This document shows positions 24,379 to 36,700 of a stretch of 64,000 nt of DNA, piece by piece. Within the stretch, counting starts at the first letter, position 1; each line of letters starts with the position of its first letter. Under the pieces are notes generated by a model. It was given only the letters and a program-made list of their open reading frames with translations. It made no database searches and was not told the DNA's origin. The position numbers and the translations under genes are program-made. Source of the stretch: Marsupella aquatica (lineage: Eukaryota; Plantae; Marchantiophyta); NCBI GenBank assembly GCA_973895155.1, contig OZ316897.1, forward strand, positions 5,531,327-5,595,326, given 5' to 3'.

Positions 24379-27300
24379 CAATCTTGGTGAAGTTTGCAGC
24401 TGAATCCGAGAAAGCTAGAGTGATGGCTAACAGGAGCATGCTTAAAGGGCTAAGGATTTGGTTGGATGATGATCTGACTCCCACACAAGTCCAAGCAAGG
24501 AAAATTGAGCTTGAGAAGGTGAGGGTAGCCAAAGACCAAGGATTGGTAGCCTACTTGCGCAATGGACAAGCTGTTGTTACCAATAAGAAGAGAGTTGTTT
24601 CTAAATGATGGATCGGGACCTTGAGAGTCATGGCATGGAATGTTTCAGGACTTTCCATAGAAACAGCAATTGGAGGGGAACCTTTGTTTGAGAATTTTGA
24701 CATCTTGCTTTTCACGGAGACTTGGGAATATGAGGGAAATGCTCTACCTAGCATTAAAGGCTTTACTTGCATACAATCCATCTTCAATGAGAAGAAGACC
24801 ACACGGGGAAGAGGGTTTGGAGGCATTGCTGTCTACACCAAGAATCAACTTCAACACATCACCTCTATTGAGCATGAAGATCCCAGCAAGCAGTTCATGG
24901 TGGTGAGACTTCATACCAGAGGTACTCCATCATTTCTGATTGTCACCTACTTTGCTCCCCTTAATATGAATGTCTATAAGATGGGAATTGCTGATGCACA
25001 TTATCCATTTCATAGGTTAATCCAAGTCATTCATGATATATCACCACTAGGGGAGACATGGATAGTGGGGGACTTTAATGCCAGGGTATCTAATGAACAA
25101 TTTACTGAAAGTGAGGACTTAGGAACTTTACCTTGGTCATCATGTAGTGAAGAGCTACCTTGGGTGAGAGAGGCTCTTGACACCAGAACAAATGACATGA
25201 CACATCACTTTTTGCATTTGGGAGCTTCTTGTAATCTAAGAATATTGAATGGGCTTGAGAGATTTCCCCAATCATCTGGTTACACTTTTAGATCTAAACA
25301 AGGATGTAGTACCATTGATTACCTTCTTGCCACACCTACCTCTGCCACTAGAGTGGTTGACTTTCAAATACTTGATCAACAACCAGAGTCTTCACACTTG
25401 CCTTTGTTGTTCCATCTTGACCTGATCACAATCCCAAACAAAGTGCATAGAAAGCCAGTACCCAAACCTCTGTTTCTAGACCCTGATAGAGAAGTCATCT
25501 TCAAAGCCAACTTTGAACATCTTCTCCATACCCTGGATGATCAGATTGAGCTCTCAGAAGTCATAGTACAAGCAGCAGCCTCTACTTTCTCCACCAAACC
25601 CCCTAGAAAGCAAAACATGAAGGCTTGGTTTGACGAGGATTGTGCTAGAGCAAGGATGTAAGCAAGATCACATTCAGGGGAAAAGAGACTTTTGGCATTC
25701 ACTATGTACAAGAACTTCATCAAACACAAGAAGAGGTGCTTCTTGAAGAGTCATCAACAATCACTATGTGAGGAGTTCATCAAACATCCAAAACGTTTTT
25801 GGGAGAGAATGCAATCAGGCAAGACTACTCCCCCCTTGGATCACCAGGACCTGGTAACCTATGTCACATCCTTGTATTTCTTTCCAGATGCTAGTGGCAT
25901 GCCTTTGCCCCTTGGGGACACCATTCAGTTTACAGAGAGGGAGGTGAAGGTGCATCTTTCCCACATGCAACATGGGAAAGCTAAAGATCTGTTGGGCCTG
26001 AACTTGGAGCTTCTTTTGTGGGGAGGACCCTCTTTATTAACAAACTTGGTGCATGAGCTGAATCAAGCAATGGCTTTAGGTTTACCTAAAGCTTGGATGA
26101 CCAGAAGAGTGGTGCCTATCTTCAAGGCAGGCAACAAGGACGATGTGCACTACTACAGAACCATCATGGTAGGCAATACTTTTGCTAAAGTTTTGGGAGG
26201 ACTACTTGAAGCCAGATTAAGCTCTTGGTTGGAGAGTGAGATGAAAAGGGCACCTTCACAAGCAGGTTTTAGGAGAGAATTCAGCACTATGGATCACATT
26301 CTCTGCTTGAGGGTGTTGTGTGAAAAGGCCAAATCTCCACATAAACCATTATTTTGCTTGTTTGTGGACTTCTCCAAGGCCTTTGACAAAGTTTCCCGAT
26401 CCAAACTTTGGGATAGGATGGTGGAGTTGGAAGTGCCTGAAGAGCTCAGGTTGGCTGTTTCTAAATTGTACCAAGAAGTGCGCATCAAACTTTCAAAGGA
26501 AACCTCTGAAGAAATCTGGAGCACTCTTGGGATGATCCAAGGTTGTCCTCTCTCACCAACTCTATTTGGCATCTTCATTGATCAGCTACACAACATTTTG
26601 GAGGAGCATGGTGGAGTTGGCACTCAATTGGGTAGGTTTGTCCTCCAACTTCTTATATTTGCAGATGATGTGGTCCTACTTGCTCATGCTCAAGAAGCTT
26701 TGCAAAGACATCTCAATGCCTTGGAGGAGTTTTGTCAAGCAACAGGGATGGTAGTCAACCTCAAGAAGACCAAGTGTTTGGGCATTGGCACACGACAAAA
26801 TCCAGAGCTCTACTTCCAAGGGAATCTGGTGGAATTTGTGAGGACCTACAAATACCTTGGGGTGGAGTTCTCTCAAAACTTGAGTTGGGCCTCATGTGTA
26901 AAATCTAGGGCTGCCAATGGGTACAGAGCTTTTTATGCATTCATGAACAAATGCAAAAGAGCTGGTCTACACACTTGGAGGTTAAGGAAACATCTCTTTG
27001 GAGCTTTGGTGAAACCAGTCATTCTTTATGGAGCACCAATTTGGGGAGCAGGTGTGTCTAAATCTGGGTGGCAACAGATTGAGGGGCTGCAAAAGCTATT
27101 TCTTGAGATGGAGCTTGGGATCAAGTCACAAACCCCATATGCACTTACACTTGCAGAGGCAGGCTTGTTTCCTTTGGAGGTGGAGGCACTCTTCCACACA
27201 CTCAAATACATCATGCGTGTAAGAGAGTTGGAGGAAAACAGATTTCCTTTTCATGCCTTGCGCTCATCTTCAGCTAAAGGGTGGTATGCAGATGTGTGCA

Positions 27301-27557
27301 GGTGGGCCCATGCTTGGGATTTTCCTGAACATGAATGGCCAACACACCCAACCAAGCTAAGAGCAAAACTTGAGCAAAAGGCTTTGCACAAACTTTGGCA
27401 TGAACCTAGCCCACGGCAACAATACTACATGAGAGATGTGAACCCCATGAAGAAATATCGAGAACAAGAATACTTATCTAGCACTATCTCAATACAACTT
27501 AGACAACTTATTGCTCAGTATAGACTAAGCTCACACCACCTTGAAGTAGAACAAGGG

Positions 27558-29935
27558 TGTCACGCGATTGACATGGGTCTTAACACCAAAAACGTCACTA
27601 TGGGTGCCAAAACCATCTCCTTGTACCTGAGGATCACGAAGGGATGTTGTGAATGCCGGTAAACACCAGTTTATGCCCTTAACACCAGACTATCATAGCA
27701 AGACTCTATCACACATCACCCAAGCTCAATCCCAAGGAACCGAGGTTGGGGATCAGATCTGCGCTCATGATAGTTCTGGTGAGAAGGGGTCTTCATATCG
27801 GGCCCGTACACACAGGGCCTAGCGCTACGGTGCGCATAGGTCTATACATATGCTTACTGTCATAGGTATGTTTCTATTCCGCCACCGGAATGTACCCATA
27901 AACCAGTGACTCCTGACTGATTCCCGACTTAGGGACTTCTAAGCCATTGCCCCACCACTCTGCCATTCCACTCTCAACAATCAGAGCTATGACAGTCCTC
28001 ACCCAGCCCGCTTCAATGCACCCGGTACACCTCTCAGTGGCGCTGCTAGTTCCATCATACACTCAGATTGCCTCACACACACACATCCATGAGAGAAATG
28101 AGGCCTGAGAGGAAAACTCAATTAGATTCAAAGATGTGCACAATAGTTCACTGAGAACACTTGATCCGAACACTAGGGCCGAAGGCTGTCTCCTCCAGAT
28201 TGTGACGTGCTTGCCCTGCAAGCCCCGTGCTTGCCATGCAAGCTCAATCCTGAACTCAACCTCCTTCACTGCACTTCATTCTTGGGGGCACATACAGATC
28301 TCACACCTCCAATTCAGAATGTCAAGTTACGCATGCATAGTTGACTCGACTTCAAAGCTGGTACCAGGCCTAACGGCGATCTACCCCAGACTGCAATGAG
28401 GCCCGGCCTCACGCTTGCCCTGCAAGCTCAGCTCTGGCCATAGATCCCTTAGTGCTCTCCACCAGACAAAGGCCGGGACTCCCCATGGGTCACGTAGCCT
28501 TGCCAGACTGAACTGTAAATGCTCCTCCTGCTGCCCCTTAATCAGTACCTCAGCCTCCCTAATGTGCCCACCGCAAATCGAATTGAAATCCTCCCCACAG
28601 TTTACAATCACCAATACATCACCTATCACCAAGGCTCTGTATCGGGGGAAAAGAACCCAGTTGTGCTGCCCACTAGAAAGAGTCACAATCCAGCTCGCAA
28701 ACCTAGCAACCCGTTGCTGTGAAGCTTGGCTGATTACTCCCTGAGTATAGCACAACCAAGCTCTCCCCAACACGCAGCGTCCAAGTCCAGCCTTGCTTGC
28801 ACAGAGCTCCTCCCTGCTACTCAATCTAAGTGAGATCACACAACTGAAGTCCCCCCCCTGCCTCTACCGGAGGGATGCTCTATATACTCTCTCATTGAGC
28901 CCAAATGGGTGGATGCTACGCTGCTGGAGCCCCATCCCAGCCCTAATAGAGCCGCCACTATCTCTAACTACTGAACCCTAACTCGCAACTTTATTTCTAT
29001 CTCGAATTGGCTATGTACTTCGGATTCGGCCCTCCTCCATAGTTTTCGCGAGTTTGCGCCTCCTCTCCCGATTTCTCTATTTAACCATTTTCTGCGTGGA
29101 TAGCAGTGTTGGAAGCGGCTTGAGCTCCTCTTTCCAACGAGGTCAATTATAGCCGATTTGGTCAAATACACAGAGAGTTATGCCCCCGTAACCGAGAGGG
29201 GGTACTCACTGTTGCGCTAACCCGAGTTACATAGCTAACCCGAGTTCGGCTAACCTAGCTATCCTATCTAACCCGAGTAGAGCTAACCCGTGGTCTCGGG
29301 TTAGGCCGTCACCCGCTATCCGCTATCCGCTATCCTAGCCTAAGCTGAGCCCGAACCCGAGCTTACCTATGCTAACCTGACCCCGAGTTAAGTCTAACCC
29401 GGGATCAATCTAATCCGAACCCGGGTTAAGCCTAAGCTGAAGCCGTGCTTACCTAAGCTAAGCTAAAGCCGTGCTTACCTGAGCTAAGCTGAAGCCGTGC
29501 TGACCTAAGCTAAGCTGAAGCCGTGCTGACCTGAGCTAAGCTGAAGCCGTGCTCACATAAGCTAAGCCGTGGTCGAGCTTGGGTTAACCCGAAACTGAAG
29601 CCGAATCCGCTAATTCCGACCACAAGTTAACCCGTCACACTAATCAGGCCGTATCTTTTTTAATACACCTCCGTTTCCCGAGTGTTTTATATGGATTTTA
29701 CTCGCCTTGACCAGATCTTTCCAATGCTCTTTACAGATCCGGATTTGGTGACATATTGAAAGAGATATGGTCGCCGACCACCTGCGACATAGCTTTTATT
29801 TCCCTACTCTTAACGCCATGATTGCCCTTATTCTTGCCATCTTGCTAATTGTTATGCAATATCAATAGCTACTCCTTGCATACAGCAACCTACTTAATCA
29901 GATTACAAAATAAGGACCATGTCATTGGCGTCACA
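27558..29935 (-). mobile_element. 2.38-kb solo LTR (Gypsy-type) inserted in LINE A
   Basis: TGTCACGC...GCGTCACA termini; TSD AAGGG; orientation inferred from a motif shared with the G1 LTR. Confidence 0.88.
29431..29565 (+). repeat. ~5 copies of a 26-bp tandem repeat (GCTAAGCTGAAGCCGTGCTKACCTRA) inside the solo LTR
   Basis: Directly visible; flanked by looser CTAACCCGAG/GCTATCC repeats from ~29215. Confidence 0.85.
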
Positions 29936-30356
29936 AAGGGAGATGGAAGGATATTGACAGGAAAAAAAGGGTTTGTCAACTATGTGATAGCTCTAGTATA
30001 GAGAATGAATATCATGTATTCATTGCTTGCAAGTTTTATGAGGGGGTTAGGATGGCATCTCAAATCTTGGTGAAAGATTTGTATGCATTGTTTGGTCTGC
30101 CCCCTCAGCAACTTGGAAGATATATCTTTGCGGTGGATAGGGAAAGGAGAATAGGTTTGGAAAATCTTTCAGGGCTCTCTAGGTCCATAGGGCTCTCTAG
30201 GTCCATAGTTTCTTTGAGGACATAGTTGTACTCTTCTGAGCAATCTCTTTTGGTTGCTCTTTTCTTTGATTGCATTGTACTTTACTTTTTGTGGCAGCTC
30301 CTTTGACTTTCATGGTCCCGGAGCTTATAATACATTACCATTACCATTACCATTAC

Positions 30357-30440
30357 CAATCCATCTCAACATTGCAATGTCTGGTGTATCATAGTTCGCA
30401 ATCATTCCCAAAAGTGGCTGACAATCCGTCTCAAGTATCT
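30357..30440 (-). pseudogene. Stranded piece of G2 RNase H between LINE insertions
   Basis: Translates ILETDCQPLLGMIANYDTPDIAMLRWI, joining AFIRMINPEL near 24378. Confidence 0.88.
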
Positions 30441-30555
30441 CAAGCATTAGTGAATACTTGAGTCGATGGTTCGACTATCCAACCTGCACACATACATTTT
30501 CTAGTATTATACATGTGCAGAATCCCCCAACGTCAATGCAGCATATTGTAGCTTA

Positions 30556-31355
30556 GAAGGGCAATCGGCTGCGGTTTGAGCTCAGACTTTGCCAGAGCAT
30601 TGGAAACAGTGATAATGTATCATTGGCAAAGTTAGAGCTGCAACCGACATCGTTTGATATGCACTTTAGCATGCGCGATCTGCTACGTCTCCAGTTTCGC
30701 GATTCTGAGCTCGGGGCGAAATTTCACTTCGAGTTGGAAGGGCAATCGGCTGCGGTTTGAGCTCAGATTTTGCCAGAGCATTGGAAACAACAAGAATGTA
30801 TCACTGGCAAAGTTAGAGCTACAACCGACATCGTTTGATATGCACTTTAGCATGCACGATCTGTTACGTCTCCAGTTTCGCGATTCTGAGCTCGGGGCGA
30901 AATTTCACTTCGAGTTGGAAGGGCAATCGGCTGCGGTTTGAGCTCAGATTTTGCCAGAGCATTGGAAACAGCAAGAATGTATCACTGGCAAAGTTAGAGC
31001 TGCAACCGACATCGTTTGATATGCACTTTAGCATGCACGATCTGTTACGTCTCCAGTTTCGCAATTTTGAGCTCGGGGTGAAATTTCACTTCGAGTTGGA
31101 AGGGAAATTGGCTGCGGTTTAAGCTCAGACTTTGCCAGAGCATTGGACACAGCGAGAATGTATCACTGGCAAAGTTAGAGCTGCAACCGACATCGTTTGG
31201 TATGCACTTTAGCATGCACGATCTGCTACGTGTCCAATTTCGGGATTCTGAGCTTGGGTCGAAATTTCACTTCGAGTTGGAAGGGCAATCGGCTGCGGTT
31301 TGAGCTCAGATTTTGGCAGAGTGTTGCAAACAGCGAGAGTGTATCACTGGCAAAG
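30556..31355 (+). repeat. 181-bp tandem monomers of LINE 5'UTR (piece B)
   Basis: Unit starts at ~30699, 30880, 31061, 31242 plus a partial first unit. Confidence 0.92.
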
Positions 31356-32076
31356 CTTTGTGATGGCAACGGAGGAGATTGCCCATCTCAAGGCTTTGCT
31401 TGAGAAAATCTTAGTTGTGGCTGAAAACTCCGCAATTGAGATTACCACACTCAGCAAGGAGGTGACGGAGCTAAAGAATGAGAATGTCAAGCAAAAGAGG
31501 TTGATTAGTGATCTTCGATCTCAAACTCAGGAGAATGGTAAGCAACTCTCATTGCTTGCATCATGTTTCGGAGACATGGAGAAGAGTATGTGCCCAGAGA
31601 AATCAGTGATACATGAGGCTGTAGGGGAGATTGAGGAGAAGCTCAAAACCTTTGCACAGGCTGCAAAACAATCACATATGGAATTTGTCCAAGCCAAGGA
31701 GGAGGAGAGAAGAGCACTAGAGGAAGAACCCAAGAACCAGCATGCAAGAGTCAGCAACTGTAAAATATCAGGCCTTGTTGAGGAGGAGAAGGAAGACACC
31801 AAGAAGGTAGCAATTTCATTCTTCCAATCTCAGATGAAAGTGCATGACCCTATCATTTTGCAAGCATATAGGATTGGGCAAAAGAAGGGGGACCTTCCAC
31901 ATCCAATCTTGGTGAAATTTGCAGCTGAATCCGAGAAAGCTAGAGTGATGGCTAACAGGAGCATGCTTAAAGGGCTAAGGATTTGGTTGGATGATGATCT
32001 GACTCCCACACAAGTCCAAGCAAGGAAAATTGAGCTTGAGAAGGTGAGGGTAGCCAAAGACCAAGGATTGGTAGCC
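30556..32076 (+). mobile_element. LINE piece B: monomer 5'UTR (spliced form) plus ORF1 (ATG 31363), broken near the ORF1 end
   Basis: 181-bp monomers, ORF1 up to GGATTGGTAGCC, then filler DNA. Confidence 0.92.
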
Positions 32077-32122
32077 AAAGACCAAAGTTTGTGCAAAGCC
32101 TGCTGAACTCCTTTGTCCAAAC

Positions 32123-32960
32123 GCGATTCTGAGCTTGGGGCGAAATTTCACTTCGAGTTGGAAGGGCAATCGGCTGCGGTTTAAGCTCAGACTTTGCCAG
32201 AGCATTGGAAACAGCGAGAATGTATCACTGGCAAAGTTAGAGCTGCAACCGACATCGTTTGGTATGCACTTTAGCATGCGCGATCTGCTATGTCTCCAGT
32301 TTCGCGATTCTGAGCTTGGGGCGAAATTTCACTTCGAGTTGGAAGGGCAATCGGCTGCGGTTTAAGCTCAGACTTTGCCAGAGCATTGGAAACAGCGAGA
32401 ATGTATCACTGGCAAAGTTAGAGCTGCAACCGACATCGTTTGATATGCACTTTAGCATGCGCAATCTGCTACGTCTCTAGTTTCGCGATTCTGAGCTCGG
32501 GGTGAAATTTCACTTCGAGTTGGAAGGGCAATCGGCTGCGATTTGAGCTCAGATTTTGCCAGAGCATTGGAAACAGCAAGAATGTATCACTGGCAAAGTT
32601 AGAGCTGCAACCGACATTGTTTGATATGCACTTTAGCATGCACGATCTGTTACGTCTCCAGTTTCGCAATTCTGAGCTTGGGGCAAAATTTCACTTCGAG
32701 TTGGAAGGGAAATTGGCTACGGTTTAAGCTCAGACTTTGCCAGAGCATTGGAAACAGCGAGAATGTATCACTGGCAAAGTTAGAGCTGCAACCGACATCG
32801 TTTGGTATGCACTTTAGCATGCACGATCTGCTACGTGTCCAATTTCGGGATTCTGAGCTTGGGGCGAAATTTCACTTCGAGTTGGAAGGGCAATCGGCTG
32901 CGGTTTGAGCTCAGATTTTGGCAGAGTGTTGCAAACAGCGAGAGTGTATCACTGGCAAAG
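32123..32960 (+). repeat. 181-bp tandem monomers (4 full + 1 partial), probable internal promoter
   Basis: Unit starts 32123, 32304, 32485, 32666, 32847. Confidence 0.93.
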
Positions 32961-32967
32961 CTTTGTG

Positions 32968-33738
32968 ATGGCAACGGAGGAGATTGCCCATCTCAAGGCT
33001 TTGCTTGAGAAAATCTTAGTTGTGGCTGAAAACTCCGCAATTGAGATTACCACGCTCAGCAAGGAGGTGACGGAGCTAAAGAATGAGAATGTCAAGCAAA
33101 AGAGGTTGATTAGTGATCTTCGATCTCAAACTCAGGAGAATGGTAAGCAACTCTCATTGCTTGCATCGTGTTTTGGAGACATGGAGAAGAGTATGTGCCC
33201 AGAGAAATCAGTGATACATGAGGCTGTAGGGGAGATTGAGGAGAAGCTCAAAACCTTTGCACAGGCTGCAAAACAATCACATATGGAATTTGTCCAAGCC
33301 AAGGAGGAGGAGAGGAGAGCACTAGAAGAAGAACACAAGAACCAGCATGCAAGAGTCAGCAACTGCAAAATATCAGGCCTTGTTGAGGAGGAGAAGGAAG
33401 ACACCAAGAAGGTAGCAATTTCATTCTTCCAATCTCAGATGAAAGTGCATGACCCTATCATTTTGCAAGCATATAGGATTGGGCAAAAGAAGGGGGACCT
33501 TCCACGTCCAATCTTGGTGAAGTTTGCAGCTGAATCCGAGAAAGCTAGAGTGGTGGCTAACAGGAGCATGCTTAAAGGGCTAAGGATTTGGTTGGATGAT
33601 GATCTGACTCCCACACAAGTCCAAGCAAGGAAAATTGAGCTTGAGAAGGTGAGGGTAGCCAAAGACCAAGGATTGGTAGCCTACTTGCGCAATGGACAAG
33701 CTGTTGTTACCAATAAGAAGAGAGTTGTTTCTAAATGA
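32968..33738 (+). CDS. LINE ORF1, 256 aa (coiled coil + RRM-like nucleic-acid chaperone)
   Basis: ATG MATEEIAHL; heptad-rich N-terminus; conserved in B and E. Confidence 0.9.
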   Translation: MATEEIAHLKALLEKILVVAENSAIEITTLSKEVTELKNENVKQKRLISDLRSQTQENGKQLSLLASCFGDMEKSMCPEKSVIHEAVGEIEEKLKTFAQAAKQSHMEFVQAKEEERRALEEEHKNQHARVSNCKISGLVEEEKEDTKKVAISFFQSQMKVHDPIILQAYRIGQKKGDLPRPILVKFAAESEKARVVANRSMLKGLRIWLDDDLTPTQVQARKIELEKVRVAKDQGLVAYLRNGQAVVTNKKRVVSK

Positions 33739-33750
33739 TGGATTGGGACC

Positions 33751-36700
33751 TTGAGAGTCATGGCATGGAATGTTTCAGGACTTTCCATAGAAACAGCAAT
33801 TGGAGGGGAACCTTTGTTTGAGAATTTTGACATCTTGCTTTTCACGGAGACTTGGGAATATGAGGGAAATGCTCTACCTAGCATTAAAGGCTTTACTTGC
33901 ATACAATCCATCTTCAATGAGAAGAAGACCACACGGGGAAGAGGGTTTGGAGGCATTGCTGTCTACACCAAGAATCAACTTCAACACATCACCTCTATTG
34001 AACATGAAGATCCCAGCAAGCAGTTCATGGTGGTGAGACTTCATACCAGAGGTACTCCATCATTTCTGATTGTCACCTACTTTGCTCCCCTTAATATGAA
34101 TGTCTATAAGATGGGAATTGCTGATGCACATTATCCATTTCATAGGTTAATCCAAGTCATTCATGATATATCACCACTAGGGGAGACATGGATAGTGGGG
34201 GACTTTAATGCCAGGGTATCTAATGAACAATTTACTGAAAGTGAGGACTTAGGAACTTTACCTTGGTCATCATGTAGTGAAGAGATACCTTGGGTGAGAG
34301 AGGCTCTTGACACCAGAACAAATGACATGACACGTCACTTTTTGCATTTGGGGGCTTCTTGTAATCTAAGAATATTGAATGGGCTTGAGAGATTTCCCCA
34401 ATCATCTGGTTACACTTTTAGATCTAAACAAGGATGTAGTACCATTGATTACCTTCTTGCCTCACCTACCTCTGCCACTAGAGTGGTTGACTTTCAAATA
34501 CTTGATCAACAACCAGAGTCTTCACACTTGCCTTTGTTGTTCCATCTTGACCTGACCACAATCCCAAACAAAGTGCATAGAAAGCCAGTACCCAAACCTC
34601 TGTTTCTAGACCCTGATAGAGAAGTCATCTTCAAAGCCAACTTTGAACATCTTCTCCATACCCTGGATGATCAGATTGAGCTCTCAGAAGTCATAGCACA
34701 AGCAGCAGCCTCTACTTTCTCCACCAAACCCCCTAGAAAGCAAAACATGAAGGCTTGGTTTGACGAGGATTGTGCTAGAGCAAGGATGCAAGCAAGATCA
34801 CATTCAGGGGAAAAGAGACTTTTGGCATTCACTATGTACAAGAACTTCATCAAACACAAGAAGAGGTGCTTCTTGAAGAGTCATCAACAATCACTATGTG
34901 AGGAGTTCATCAAACATCCAAAACGTTTTTGGGAGAGAATGCAATCAGGCAAGACTACTCCCCCCTTGGATCACCAGGACCTGGTAACCTATGTCACATC
35001 CTTGTATTTCTTTCCAGATGCTAGTGGCATGCCTATGCCCCTTGGGGACACCATTCAGTTTACAGAGAGGGAGGTGAAGGTGCATCTTTCCCACATGCAA
35101 CATGGGAAAGCTAAAGATCTGTTGGGCCTGAACTTGGAGCTTCTTTTGTGGGGAGGACCCTCTTTACTAACAAACTTGGTGCATGAGCTGAATCAAGCAA
35201 TGGTTTTAGGTTTACCTAAAGCTTGGATGACCAGAAGAGTGGTGCCTATCTTCAAGGCAGGCAACAAGGACGATGTGCACAACTACAGAACCATCATGGT
35301 AGGCAATACTTTTGCTAAAGTTTTGGGAGGACTACTTGAAGCCAGATTAAGCTCTTGGTTGGAGAGTGAGATGAAAAGGGCACCTTCACAAGCAGGTTTT
35401 AGGAGAGAATTCAGCACTATGGATCACATTCTCTGCTTGAGGGTGTTGTGTGAAAAGGCCAAATCTCCACATAAACCATTATTTTGCTTGTTTGTGGACT
35501 TCTCCAAGGCCTTTGACAAAGTTTCCCGATCCAAGCTTTGGGATAGGATGGTGGAGTTGGAAGTGCCTGAAGAGCTCAGGTTGGCTGTTTCTAAATTGTA
35601 CCAAGAAGTGCGCATCAAACTTTCAAAGGAAACCTCTGAAGAAATCTGGAGCACTCTTGGGGTGATCCAAGGTTGTCCTCTCTCACCAACTCTCTTTGGC
35701 ATCTTCATTGATCAGCTACACAACATTTTGGAGGAGCATGGTGGAGTTGGCACTCAATTGGGTAGGTTTGTCCTCCAACTTCTTATATTTGCAGATGATG
35801 TGGTCCTACTTGCTCATGCTCAAGAAGCTTTGCAAAGACATCTCAATGCCTTGGAGGAGTTTTGTCAAGCAACAGGGATGGTAGTCAACCTCAAGAAGAC
35901 CAAGTGTTTGGGCATTGGCACACGACAAAATCCAGAGCTCTACTTCCAAGGGAATCTGGTGGAATTTGTGAGGACCTACAAATACCTTGGGGTGGAGTTC
36001 TCTCAAAACTTGAGTTGGGCCTCATGTGTAAAATCTAGGGCTGCCAATGGGTACAGAGCTTTTTATGCATTCATGAACAAATGCAAAAGAGCTGGTCTAC
36101 ACACTTGGAGGTTAAGGAAACATCTCTTTGGAGCTTTGGTGAAACCAGTCATTCTTTATGGAGCACCAATTTGGGGAGCAGGTGTGTCTAAATCTGGGTG
36201 GCAACAGATTGAGGGGCTGCAAAAGCTATTTCTTGAGATGGAGCTTGGGATCAAGTCACAAACCCCATATACACTTACACTTGCAGAGGCAGGCTTGTTT
36301 CCTTTGGAGGTGGAGGCACTCTTCCACACACTCAAATACATCATGCGTGTAAGAGAGTTGGAGGAAAACAGATTTCCTTTTCATGCCTTGCGCTCATCTT
36401 CAGCTAAAGGGTGGTATGCAGATGTGTGCAGGTGGGCCCATGCTTGGGATTTTCCTGAACATGAATGGCCAACACACCCAACCAAGCTAAGAGCAAAACT
36501 TGAGCAAAAGGCTTTGCACAAACTTTGGCATGAACCTAGCCCACGACAACAATACTACATGAGAGATGTGAACCCCATGAAGAAATATCGAGAACAAGAA
36601 TACTTATCTAGCACTATCTCAGTACAACTTAGACAACTTATTGCTCAGTATAGACTAAGCTCACACCACCTTGAAGTAGAACAAGGGAGATGGAAGGATA

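Larger units (their letters stand above)
24379..30358 (+). mobile_element. LINE copy A, 5'-truncated in ORF1; ORF2 has a nonsense codon (25659-25661) and is split by a solo LTR
   Basis: TSD CAATC (24379-24383, 30357-30361); inserted in G2 RNase H; (TTACCA)4 tail. Confidence 0.94.

Noticed and set aside
24379-24532. Extra N-terminal domain on the G2 integrase ORF
   Set aside because: It is antisense LINE ORF1 read through the insertion junction.
30358-30440. Apparent unique spacer or 3' transduction after LINE A
   Set aside because: It translates as the missing G2 RNase H segment and begins with the TSD.
30556-32960. 181-bp repeats as a CRISPR array, tRNA/SINE array or free satellite
   Set aside because: No unique spacers, no convincing A/B boxes, and in this window always attached to ORF1.
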